Below, piece by piece: positions 51,108 to 64,000 of a stretch of DNA of 64,000 nucleotides. How positions within the stretch are numbered: the first letter of the stretch is position 1; each line of letters begins with the position of its first letter. Origin of the DNA: Octopus vulgaris (Eukaryota); the NCBI GenBank assembly GCA_951406725.2, contig OX597843.1, positions 15,066,001-15,130,000 on the forward strand, given 5' to 3'. The position numbers and the translations under genes were made by a program. The notes beneath the pieces were generated by a model. It made no database searches, was not told the origin of the DNA, and saw only the letters and a list, made by a program, of their open reading frames with translations.

Positions 51108-51209
51108 GTAGCCAAACCAGTAGGTGTCGCTTCTGACAATCTCTGTTCAAAGGTTTTATTCTGACAATCTCTGTTCAAAGGTTTTATTCGGTGGAATACA
51201 TCCACTTGT

Positions 51210-51838
<629 letters not shown>

Positions 51839-51934
51839 TACACACACAGAGACACAGACACACACAGAGACACAGACACACACACACACACACAGACACA
51901 GACACACACACAGACATAGACACACACACACACA

Positions 51935-52200
51935 TGTTCACATCTGGGAATATGGCCCCAGCATACTTAAGGTTCAATACTTGTCTCACGGACGTTCCAT
52001 TTACACACAGAGTGGATGGGAAAACTTTCTTCAGAGGTCCAATGTGTCAATCTTCACAATACTCATTGTAAGTCTTGGCAGTTTGAACTGTTCCGCGGAT
52101 GCCGGAGGACATCTTCTGATGAGCCAACTGGCAGCATGTCATCTGCAAATATCACTCGACTGATTCTACACTCACCGATTCCACTTCAACACCAGCCACC
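51935..52200 (-). mobile_element. Old LINE RT fragment
   Basis: [20 protein letters not shown] and VNGT.V.QV..LKY.GAIF. Confidence 0.65.
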
Positions 52201-52723
52201 CATGCTGATCATCATCATCATCATCATCGTTTAACGTCCGTTTTCCATGCTAGCATGGGTTGGACGGTTCGACCGGGGTCTGGGAAGCCAGAAGGCTGCA
52301 CCAGGCTCCAGTCTGATCTGGCAATGTTTCTACAGCTGGATGCCCTTCCTAACGCCAACCACTCCGCAAGTGTAGTGGGTGCTTTTTACGTACCACCTGC
52401 ACAGGTGCCAGGGGAGGCTGGCAAACGGCCACGATCGGATGGTGCTTTTAACGTGCCACCCAGTTTATAAAAGGTATAAATGCACACACCTGCCAAAGAC
52501 AAACTCCCATGTTGAAATACTACACACTTAGACAGGCTTCTTTCAGTTTCTGTCTGTCAAATCCTCTCACAAGGCTTTGGTCGGCCTGGGGCTATGGTAG
52601 AAGACACTAGCCAAAGGTGCCAAGCAGTGGGACTGAACCTGGAACCATGCAGTAGGGAAGCAAGCTTCTTACCTCAGCCAGTAGTCACATTTATGCCAAT
52701 ATTAAATGAGTTATAATCTAGAG

Positions 52724-52943
52724 CAGTGGTTTTCAACCAGGGTTCCGCGGAACCTTAGGGTTCCGCCAGTACAGTCCAGGGGTTCCGCAAGAAGTTACAA
52801 AACTGCTTAAATCAGCAGTAATTTTTAATTCTCCTGTTTCAGATATTTTTGCATAAGACAATTAAATTATTGCACAGGGGTTCCTCGAACCAGGGGAATG
52901 TTTCCTTGGGGTTCCACTCCAGCAAAAAGTTTGAAAAGCACTG
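52724..52943. mobile_element. hAT (Charlie-like) MITE
   Basis: TIRs CAGTGGTTTTCAACC / TTTGAAAAGCACTG and an 8-bp target duplication ATCTAGAG / ATCTAGAT. Confidence 0.9.
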
Positions 52944-52991
52944 ATCTAGATATAGGCATGAGGGAACAATTCTGCCAGCTCCCTGCCTTAG

Positions 52992-53097
52992 AAAATATGG
53001 AATGCTTCACAAGTTTGCATGTCAGCCTTGCACAGGGGCCATGCTAATCTTTTCTGCATCGTTCCAATTTTAGTCTATGAACTGCTGAAGCAAGTAT
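52992..53097 (-). pseudogene. U6: Full-length U6 snRNA pseudogene
   Basis: Minus strand atacttgcttcagcag..ctaaaattggaacgatgcagaaaagattagcatggcccctgtgcaaggctgacatgcaaacttgtgaagcattccatatttt. The essential ACAGAGA box is mutated to GCAGAAA, with many CpG-type transitions. Confidence 0.92.
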
Positions 53098-53265
53098 GTA
53101 AAAAAAAAAAATGTATAATAATAATAGAAATATAAAACAAAATAATAAATGTTTTGGTGTGTGACTTTTGGCCCATCCTATATACATATATATATTTATT
53201 ATATTTATTAATATATATATATGTTTGTTTCTTTTACCCCAAAGCCAGGAACCTTTCAGCACTCA

Positions 53266-53300
<35 letters not shown>

Positions 53301-53303
<3 letters not shown>

Positions 53304-53490
53304 ACTCAGAGTTTCATGTTCCTGTTTGTCGGACAGTTTCGTTAATAAAACTGTCCGATGAATGGGAACGTGAAACTCTGAGTAACAGCTTTTGTTAAAT
53401 TTCTGCTGCTTCTAAATAAAGCATATTACTCTACCTCTGGAATTTGAGTACTCTTTTTGCCACCTTGTTTCAAATTTATGCGCTTACTCT

Positions 53491-53492
<2 letters not shown>
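53301..53492. mobile_element. Family H fold-back hammerhead element (reverse orientation, one arm shortened), in (TA)n
   Basis: The + strand reads AAAACUGU-CCGAUGA-AUG-GGAA-CGU-GAAACUCUGAGUA-ACAGCUUUU (53347-53393), mirrored at 53301-53339. Confidence 0.78.
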
Positions 53493-53536
<44 letters not shown>

Positions 53537-53558
53537 CATTGATCATACAACAAACATC

Positions 53559-53645
<87 letters not shown>

Positions 53646-53654
53646 TATATATAT

Positions 53655-53685
<31 letters not shown>

Positions 53686-54732
53686 ATGTGAAATAGAAAG
53701 ATGAATAATCTTGTTGCAGATTAATCAAAAGTTTAATCGATACCTTGGTAGCAAAAATCACAGCAGAAGACAGCTCGGTTGGAGGTACAACCATATGGTG
53801 TTGCAACCGTGCGTTGGTGCGGATAATTGAATTTTAATATTATTAGTGAATTTAAGAAATGGAGTTGAACGAAGATTGAACAGAAATCGTTTTATTTCAT
53901 TTTATACTTATCTTGCCTATAAATAATACCTGCACCCGGGTACACTACTTATATGAAAATAGTCCCTCGGTAATAAATTCTGAAATAGCCTTTAAGAGAA
54001 ATATGATTAACCATTGCAAGGGGAATTACTCCTGTGAGATGAATGGGGCTTTGTTTTTGACGACGGGGGGTTTCTTTGTCAAGGCATGATTAGACGAACA
54101 CACGCACACATAAAATATATTTTTTTTCTGCCACCCGACGGATTCTACAGCATTGACCATTGGGTAGAGCTGTTTACCAACTGACAGCCGCGCGATCAAA
54201 CGCACACACGTACACATAAAATGTTTTCTACCCCTTGACGGATTTCTCAGCACTGACCAGAATGTAGCGCTGCTTATCAACTAGCGCCCGCACACATATA
54301 TAGAACAGTAAACACACACATGTCTCTAAGTAGATTTCTCTTGCCCCATATAATACATCTAATATTCTTTAAATAGTCAGAACTTTACTCTCGGTCACAA
54401 AGAACATCTACACACCCCGTACCCTCACCCACCGGAATGACCGTTGCCTGACCCGTTAAAATCTTCAACGCCCCCACCACCAGTTTTCAACATACACTGA
54501 TAAACAGTTTGGCCATGGGCTCTTAGGAGCCTAGTTCGATTTGTTTTGCTCCACCTCTGTTCTGTTTTTGTTTTTTCCAACGGATTTCCTATTTCTTCCT
54601 GAAGAGAAAGGCACAATATGGTCTCATTATTCAATCGGAATTTGGTAAATTGTGCCTTTCGAAACACGTGTAGAATGAAATAAAACGATTTCTGTTCAAT
54701 CTTCGTTCAACTCCATTTCTTAAATTCACTAA

Positions 54733-54740
<8 letters not shown>
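53686..54740. mobile_element. Non-coding Penelope-like element with a 70-bp inverted repeat and intact HHR, in (TA)n
   Basis: 53835-53904 is the reverse complement of 54671-54740, with (TA)n on both flanks. Confidence 0.75.
54590..54682 (+). ncRNA. Canonical type I hammerhead ribozyme
   Basis: UAUUUCUUC-CUGAAGA-GAAAGGCACAAU(31-nt loop)AUUGUGCCUUUC-GAAAC-ACGU-GUA|GAAUGAAAUA. Perfect core, 12-bp stem II, palindromic stem III, 9-bp stem I with one bulge. Confidence 0.88.
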
Positions 54741-54769
<29 letters not shown>

Positions 54770-54806
54770 TTGTATCTCTGCCGTAAGGCTTCATTTCCAC
54801 ACACAC

Positions 54807-55180
54807 CATCAGAGCATCACAACAAACCACAGCACATATCCATGGCACACAGAGCTGTGCTCGGTAGTGAAGTGAAAGCACACTATAAAAATAAAACTAC
54901 TGAATGATAATAATGCTCTGATGCAGTACCAAGCACTGGTTCGCATGGCTTCTGATCTTAACTGATTGGAAGTGTTATCATGTACATTGTTTTTGTCTTG
55001 GTATAAAAGAGGGGCTACAGCAAATATTCTGCTCAATACCACAGATTTGCTTGTCATTCGATTGACCTTAACCAGTTGTGCATGTCCCTTAGTGGCTGAC
55101 GATATGTGCATCTCTGATCACGAGCAGAAGTAGTGGGGGAGCATCATAGCAATGTGTTGAGAGGGATTCTTTGGGGTTTA
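54807..55180 (+). mobile_element. Fragment of the R4/Dong 3' UTR
   Basis: Near-identical reverse complement of about 5575-5945. Confidence 0.85.
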
Positions 55181-55904
55181 GATAGTATTTTGCTCAAGAG
55201 CACAACACACCACCCGGTCTCGGAATTGAAACCGCAATCTCATGATCATGAGTGCAACACCCTAACCATTAGACCAGTGAAACAGATTGTCTTTTTTGTG
55301 TGTTTGTTAGTTTTGACCTCAAGTTGTGCCTGCAACCAACTTGTTTGTCCCAGGAAGGGAATGACTGCTTTTGTTCATTGTACAGTTTGAGTTTGGTGGT
55401 TGGAGGTGGTGGTGGTGGTGGGCTGCTTATGATGTTGATTTCATTATGTGTATCATCATCATCATCATCACCATCATCATCATCGTTTAGCATCTGCTTT
55501 CCATGCTGGCATGGGTTGGACGGTTCAACTGGGGTCTGGGAAGCCAGGAGGCTGCACCAGGCTCCAGTCAGATCTGGCAGTGTTTCTGCAGCTGGATGCC
55601 CTTCCTAACGCCAACCACTCTGAGAGTGTAGTGGGTGCTTTTTACATGCCAGGCGAGGCTGGCAAAAGTTCACAATTGGATGGTGCTTTTTATGTGCCAC
55701 CGGCACGGAGGCCAGGCGAGGCTGGCAATGGCCACGATCAGATGGTGCTTTTTAAGTGGCACTGGTACGGAGGCCAGTTGGAGCGGTGCTGGCAACGGCC
55801 ATGTTCGGATGGTTCTCTTATGTGCCACCGACACAATTTCCATTGATGTTGAATCGATTTCGATTTTGATTTTGATTTTGATGTGTATATATATATATAT
55901 ATAT

Positions 55905-56190
55905 ATTAGAAGGTTGGGAGTTGATGTACAGGTATTTTATATTAGAAGAAATGAGGTACTCAGAAATTCGGATGGTTTTATATTTACAGATATTTATTTG
56001 TATATCACATGTTTTTATACATCATATATGATATACTAGTTCAATTTGAAAACTCCACCAGAATAGACGAAAGCGCTAATATATGTATGTGAAATATGAT
56101 ACATGATGTATAAAAACATGTGATATACAAATAAATATCTGTAAATATAAAACCATCCAAATTTCTGAGTACCTCATTTCTTCTAATATA
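55905..56190. mobile_element. Fold-back element with about 95-bp arms and a degenerate U3-A8 hammerhead in the spacer, in (TA)n
   Basis: Arms 55937-56030 / 56097-56190. The spacer reads UUGAAAA-cuccaccagaauagac-GAAA-GCGC-UA (56046-56078). Confidence 0.65.
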
Positions 56191-56604
56191 TATATATATA
56201 TATACAAAATTTAGAGGACTGACTACTAAAAATGGACAGCTAAACATAGATGTCAAATCGCCATTACCACGAAGAATGTGTTCTCAAGAAAAATCTCAGC
56301 AAAAAACCAGAATGTAAAAATAAGCAAGACAAACAAAAATATACAAAATAAAAAAACTATTACCTATGTACCATTGTTTTCGCTTGTTAATATTTACAGG
56401 CTGTCCACTATTAGTGGTGGTCATTCCTCTAAATTTTGCATGTAACACAATTTTTAATGTTCGGATTTTTAAAAAATATGCTAGGCCACTGGTTTTAGTT
56501 GATTAATATCAATTTCTACCCTTATTTAATTTTATATATATATATATGTATGTATGTATGTATGTATATGTGTGTGTGTGTGTGTGCATGTGTATATATA
56601 TATA

Positions 56605-56661
<57 letters not shown>

Positions 56662-56678
56662 GTGTACATATATATTTG

Positions 56679-56725
<47 letters not shown>

Positions 56726-56779
56726 TCACACGTGTGCGCACACATACACACACACAAAAATGCATATTTATACATACAT

Positions 56780-57868
56780 ATTGGGTCATCCCACAAATAA
56801 TGCGGTTATTTTATACTTCTCTTATTCTTCACAATTAAGATAAAGTTTTCTTTTAATCTAAACTATACTCCCCTTCATTTTCTGCAATGCTCTCCCATCT
56901 TTCTGGTAGACCTGAAACGCCCCCCCACCCTTTCAAAATTCACTTGTCCCTGATGAAAAATACTCCCCTGTACTGTTCTGACCACGTCTATAGAATTCAT
57001 ATTTTTTTCCGTTCAAATGATTTCGAAGACTGCGAAATAAATAATAATCAGATGGGGCAATGTTCAGCGAATATGGTGGGTGGGGCATCGTCTCCCATTC
57101 AAACTGCTTCAGCCTTTGGAATGTCATGTTAGTTAGTTAGTTAATTTTTTGGCTCAAAAAGCAAAGAGCAAGGCCATGTAGGGGGACATGGAGTTATGTA
57201 CAGGGTGGTGTTCATGCAAAGAGTTCAGGCCATTTGTGGTCAAGGGAGACTTTGAACCGAGCGGTCGTCGGCATCTTCCCTATCTCGTCCGGCAGCTTAT
57301 TCCACGGATCTGCAACCCGGACAGAGAAAGCCCCTTTCCTTCAATTGAGATGAAATCGTCGCAGACAGTGCTTTTCGGAGTGACCCCACAGCCGACGCTC
57401 TGGAGCAGGAGTGAAGAACAGCTCTTTTGAGAGGTTACACTTTCCGCTTATGATGTTGTGAGCAAGAATGAGATCACCACAGCATCATTGTTTTTCTAGA
57501 GAATAAAGGTCGAGCGTCTTCAGCCTTTCTTCATAAGACAAATGCTTGAGACCAAGAACCTTGCTGTGTGTGGCCGAGTATTATCCTGATCGAAGAACAC
57601 TGTTTGCCTTGAAACCAAAGATGGTTGTTTTCCTTCTAGCACTGACTTAGGCTGCCCAAGGGGCTCACAGTAAATCTCCTTTGTTATCGTTTCATTTGGG
57701 TTTAAAAGTTCAAAATGGATCAAACCTTTCATATCCCACCAGACAGATAACAACCCCTTACATGGGTGAAGACCTCCTTTAGCCTGGGGTGCTGGTCTTT
57801 CTCCTTTCCCTACCCACTGTCTTTGGCTCTTGACATTTTTACAGAGAACCCATTTCTTGTCACCACTC
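56780..57868 (-). mobile_element. Degenerate mariner transposon 3' half, split by a CR1 fragment
   Basis: GD.KWVL, LHP.K.LLSVWWD.KG.IHFELL, QDN.RPHTA, PHPPYS..IAPSDYYLFRSL. TIR tattgggtcatccc at 56780. Confidence 0.9.
57128..57555 (-). mobile_element. CR1/L2-type LINE 3' fragment
   Basis: GHS.K..RRFHLN.RKGAFSVRVADPWNKLP..FKVSLD with a (TAAC)n tail. Confidence 0.8.
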
Positions 57869-57871
57869 ATA

Positions 57872-57964
<93 letters not shown>

Positions 57965-57985
57965 ATATATATATATATATATATA

Positions 57986-58596
<611 letters not shown>

Positions 58597-58809
58597 AGTG
58601 TACAATTTATAGGCAAGATCCAGGGAAATAATTAGAAGGTAGCTAAATGTTGCTTAAGTGTCCCAGGAAAGAATGGTTACTTTTGTGTGGGATTTGATTC
58701 TGGGGAGAAGCGAGATATATTTAGGAGAAAATAGGAAAAATTTTAAATGGAGCATTTGTCTCCATTATATATATATATCTGCACACACACATACATATAT
58801 ACACACACA

Positions 58810-58988
<179 letters not shown>

Positions 58989-59129
58989 CACACACACATA
59001 TATATATATACATATATATATGTATATACATATATATATATATATACATATATATACATATATATATGTATATACATATATATATATACATATATATACA
59101 TACATACATACATATATATATACATATAT

Positions 59130-59168
<39 letters not shown>

Positions 59169-59628
59169 CAAAATGAGAAAATGGAGAAATATACCTAAAT
59201 CAATCATCAACCATCAGATAATACCCAATCAATACTTTATTAAACCATTACACAACAGCAATGACATTATACATAATATATTACAAATATAACTAGACAT
59301 AGAAATAGAAATAGAAAATACAATTACATCGTAGCTGACTCATTTTATATATATATATATATATATTAAATTAGAGATAATTTAAATAATTTTTTAAATT
59401 TTAACTATAAATTTAAATAATTTAAATTTTGAATTTTATATTTTATATATTTTGTATATTATATTAATTAATTTTATTTCTATATATTGGTTTATGATTT
59501 TCACTGTTTGATTTGGCTAATAGTGGTTTTATCTCTAATTTAATTTATATATATATATTTATACTGTAAAATTAGATTTAATCCTAAATCTCATTTTCCC
59601 TGTAAGTTTTGGATTTACTCCCTAATAT

Positions 59629-59666
<38 letters not shown>

Positions 59667-59845
59667 AAAAATAAAATTTCTAGAACAATGTAAGTATATA
59701 AATCAAAATGAATTAATAAATAAAGAAAGCAGAAATAAGAAATTGAAAAATACAAAAGAAAAAATTGTTTAAAATTGTGAATTGCTAATCATCAGTTAAT
59801 TACCTTTTTACTTGTATTAATTGTGTGTTAATTGGTGTGTTTCAG

Positions 59846-59987
59846 GAGAGACAAGATGTATGATCCTGTGCATCAAGGGACGGCTGACTATCTGAAGTCC
59901 AGTTTGACTCAGAGTGGAAACGTGACCACCTCCTCCTCCCCCTCTTCATATTCCTCCTCCTCTTCCTCTTCCTCCTCCTCCTTGTAA
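59846..59987 (+). other. Possible terminal coding exon of an unidentified gene
   Basis: gtgtttcag| then RDKMYDPVHQGTADYLKSSLTQSGNVTTSSSPSSYSSSSSSSSSL*, a GC-richer island in AT-rich sequence. No homology recognised. Confidence 0.3.
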
Positions 59988-60380
59988 CGTCACTCTTCTC
60001 TCCCTCTCACACACCTTCTCTTCCTGCCCTCTCTCTCTCTCTCAATAAACCTACCTCCCCCCTTTTCTCCATTTCATCCCGCCTTCCCACCCCCTTCTCA
60101 ACCTCCAACCACCAAACTTGTGCCTCTTACTCCCTCCCCTCTCATTGTCTCAACCCTTCACCCCCACCACTTGAAACTTAGCTCTTCCTTTTCCTTTTCC
60201 TCAAAGCCTCCCACTCTCTCACTACTAACCAGCATCTCCACTTTTGCAAGATCTCTACTTCTCAACCCCTCAATCTATCTCCCCACCCCACTTAAACACC
60301 TTTTTATAAACCCTAAACTTCTCTTCTCCCCTTAACACACCCTTTTATAAACCATTCTGATGCTAGCCCATTCTCTTCTT

Positions 60381-62437
60381 AACCCCTAAACTTTTCTTCT
60401 CATAACAGCCTCTTCTTAACCCCTAAACTTTTCTTCTCATAACAGCCTCTTCTTAACCCCTAAACTTTTTTTCTCATAACAGCCTCTTCTTTTAACCCCT
60501 AAACTTTTTTTCTCATAACAGCCTCTTCTTTTAACCCCTAAACTTCTCTTCTCATAACAGCCTCTTCTTTTAACCCCTAAACTTTTCTTCTCATAACAGC
60601 CTCTTCTTAACCCCTAAACTTTTCTTCTCATAACAGCCTCTTCTTTTAACCCCTAAACTTTTCTTCTCATAACAGCCTCTTCTTAACCCCTAAACTTTTC
60701 TTCTCATAACAGCCTCTTCTTAACCCCTAAACTTTTCTTCTCATAACAGCCTCTTCTTTTAACCCCTAAACTTTTCTTCTCATAACAGCCTCTTCTTTTA
60801 ACCCCTAAACTTTTCTTCTCATAACAGCCTCTTCTTAACCCCTAAACTTTTCTTCTCATAACAGCCTCTTCTTTTAACCCCTAAACTTTTTTTTTCTCAT
60901 AACAGCCTCTTCTTTTAACCCCTAAACTTTTCTTCTCATAACAGCCTCTTCTTAACCCCTAAACTTTTCTTCTCATAACAGCCTCTTCTTAACCCCTAAA
61001 CTTTTCTTCTCATAACAGCCTCTTCTTTTAACCCCTAAACTTTTCTTCTCATAACAGCCTCTTCTTAACCCCTAAACTTTTCTTCTCATAACAGCCTCTT
61101 CTTAACCCCTAAACTTTTCTTCTCATAACAGCCTCTTCTTAACCCCTAAACTTTTCTTCTCATAACAGCCTCTTCTTAACCCCTAAACTTTTCTTCTCAT
61201 AACAGCCTCTTCTTAACCCCTAAACTTTTCTTCTCATAACAGCCTCTTCTTTTAACCCCTAAACTTTTCTTCTCATAACAGCCTCTTCTTTTAACCCCTA
61301 AACTTTTCTTCTCATAACAGCCTCTTCTTAACCCCTAAACTTTTCTTCTCATAACAGCCTCTTCTTAACCCCTAAACTTTTCTTCTCATAACAGCCTCTT
61401 CTTAACCCCTAAACTTTTCTTCTCATAACAGCCTCTTCTTAACCCCTAAACTTTTCTTCTCATAACAGCCTCTTCTTTTAACCCCTAAACTTTTCTTCTC
61501 ATAACAGCCTCTTCTTTTAACCCCTAAACTTTTCTTCTCATAACAGCCTCTTCTTAACCCCTAAACTTTTCTTCTCATAACAGCCTCTTCTTAACCCCTA
61601 AACTTTTCTTCTCATAACAGCCTCTTCTTAACCCCTAAACTTTTCTTCTCATAACAGCCTCTTCTTTTAACCCCTAAACTTTTCTTCTCATAACAGCCTC
61701 TTCTTAACCCCTAAACTTTTCTTCTCATAACAGCCTCTTCTTTTAACCCCTAAACTTTTCTTCTCATAACAGCCTCTTCTTTTAACCCCTAAACTTTTCT
61801 TCTCATAACAGCCTCTTCTTAACCCCTAAACTTTTCTTCTCATAACAGCCTCTTCTTTTAACCCCTAAACTTCTCTTCTCATAACAGCCTCTTCTTTTAA
61901 CCCCTAAACTTTTCTTCTCATAACAGCCTCTTCTTTTAACCCCTAAACTTTTCTTCTCATAACAGCCTCTTCTTTTAACCCCTAAACTTTTCTTCTCATA
62001 ACAGCCTCTTCTTAACCCCTAAACTTTTCTTCTCATAACAGCCTCTTCTTTTAACCCCTAAACTTTTCTTCTCATAACAGCCTCTTCTTTTAACCCCTAA
62101 ACTTTTCTTCTCATAACAGCCTCTTCTTTTAACCCCTAAACTTTTCTTCTCATAACAGCCTCTTCTTAACCCCTAAACTTTTCTTCTCATAACAGCCTCT
62201 TCTTAACCCCTAAACTTTTCTTCTCATAACAGCCTCTTCTTAACCCCTAAACTTTTCTTCTCATAACAGCCTCTTCTTAACCCCTAAACTTTTCTTCTCA
62301 TAACAGCCTCTTCTTAACCCCTAAACCTTTCTTCTCATAACAGCCTCTTCTTAACCCCTAAACTTTTCTTCTCATAACAGCCTCTTCTTAACCCCTAAAC
62401 TTTTCTTCTCATAACAGCCTCTTCTTAACCCCTAAAC
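60381..62437. repeat. 37/39-bp satellite, roughly 54 copies
   Basis: Unit aacccctaaacttttcttctcataacagcctcttctt(tt). Confidence 0.97.
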
Positions 62438-64000
62438 ATTTGTCCCTCCCCCTTTCAAGTGCCAAAGCCCTATTCTGTTTCAAGAGTGTGTTTATTAAAG
62501 TGTGTGTAGGCTAGTTACTTCCTTTCTATGAAAACTGTAGTTTTTCAAGTTTACTAATTAGATATTCAATAGCAATTAAAAACCAGTATGTCACTGATTA
62601 CAGGTAGAAAGTGAAAAGTTATAACCTGGGTAGAAAAAGTTACAAGTTCAGGAGCCGGTCCTCATAAATATTCCAATTCCCACGGGTTGACAATGAAATC
62701 TGGTTGTCACTGGGAGCTGACATACATTTGTGGACATAGGTCTTTGTGTTATATATCCAAAACAACTACATCAGACCTGCTGTGTCGCTATTTAGTGTAA
62801 TATTTTGTAATAAAAATGTTGTTTTATGCATTTCAGATCGGAAACATTTTCTATATTTATCATAGGGCAGTCTTTTTTACAAATGGCTCTATGCTATCAT
62901 GTTTCAACAATACCACCAGGCAACATTTAAAGGCGATTTCTAGACAACATTTTTGTGAGGAATGGCTGTTGATCACGTGTGAAATATCTTCAACAGAAAT
63001 GTGACATAAGCGAAATTGTCGGTCACATCCTGGAAGTTCAAATGTTTTTCTGTGTCTTTTGTTGTTTTTGGGAATTCTGTAGCTGTCTCCTGTTCAGGGA
63101 TTGGGGTAAACATAACCTTCTGAATGTTGTGTGATGTGATGGTCACGAGTCTAAAAGAAGCTACACTTTCTGTTGATTATAGGATCAGCCTCAAGTTTAC
63201 GGGGAACAGAAACAGAAGAAATGGCTGTCATTTGTGAATGACTTGCTAACACACACTACATGCATTTTAGGCGTTTGGGGTGGATTAGATTGAACTGGCC
63301 ATGTTCTGTCCCCTGCAGGACAAAGGCCTCAGCATGTTTGCTCCACTTAACCATGGTCTGATGTGCAGGCCATGAATTTGAGCTTGAGACCATACTGGTT
63401 TGATGAGACTGCTCTGTCACACTGGTTTGTCATGGCTGGATAGAGGGGGTCAGTTTTTATATTCTTCCCCAGGAGTTGCTGAGTCAATTGCATCAACCCC
63501 TGTGTTCCACTGATACTTACCTTATTGGCCCCAAAATGAGATGAAAGGCACATTTGCTCTGAGTGGAATTTGAACTCAGAACGTAGTGGCAGATGAAATA
63601 CCACTAAGCATTTTGCTTGGTGTGTTAATGATTCTGCCAGCTCCCCAGTTGAGTTGAGAGGAACAATGTGAAGTGAAGAGACTTGCTTAAGGACACAATG
63701 TGTTGCTTGGGGCTGGAATTGAACCCATGTGTGCACTTTCATGTAGAAAACACAAGGGTTATGCATAACTTTTCTCACTGGGGGACGCTACTATAGGGGA
63801 AGGTGTAGTGGGGGTCAGATCAAAAAGGGGGCATGTAAACTGCCATGTTTGATAAAATTTAAAGGGTTTAAACTATTTAAACATATCCAACCCCATTTTT
63901 TATCTTCTCTCTTTCACTCGCATCAGTCATTAGACTGTGGCCATGCTGGGGCATTGCCTTGAAGAATTTCTAATCGAATGAATTGATCCCAGTTCTTATT

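Noticed and set aside
54807-55180. Near-identical 82/100-aa ORF also at 5694-5942, suggesting a duplicated small gene or chimeric element
   Set aside because: Both lie antisense within the long R4/Dong 3' UTR and are simply two copies of one retroelement.
59846-59987. Alternative terminal exon of ELOB
   Set aside because: The best reading frame needs a phase 2 junction, whereas ELOB exons end in phase 0 and 1, and ELOB is already complete at 22119.

Overview
Repeat-dense eukaryotic DNA whose repeat families and microsatellites suggest an octopus genome (inference). One conserved gene is clear: Elongin B (ELOB/TCEB2), + strand, coding exons 7390-7533, 17331-17430 and 22004-22119; the ATG-only first exon was not located. 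A 528-aa single-exon, N/S-rich orphan ORF lies on the - strand (47947-49533). The rest is mobile DNA (Penelope-like, RTE, R4/Dong and CR1 retroelement fragments, two tRNA-type SINE families, Tc1/mariner/maT relics, hAT and piggyBac MITEs, five non-autonomous Helitrons), a U6 pseudogene, four large tandem arrays and long (TA)n/(CATA)n tracts. The most notable signal is about 14 hammerhead-ribozyme (HHR) motifs from several sequence families. Most have type I topology with a palindromic stem III and sit in short non-coding, often fold-back elements bounded by (TA)n. They include a canonical intact copy (54590-54682), an intact U3-A8 covariant copy (51066-51107) and a two-polarity hairpin family (three copies). 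Transposon boundaries are approximate and structures were folded by eye.
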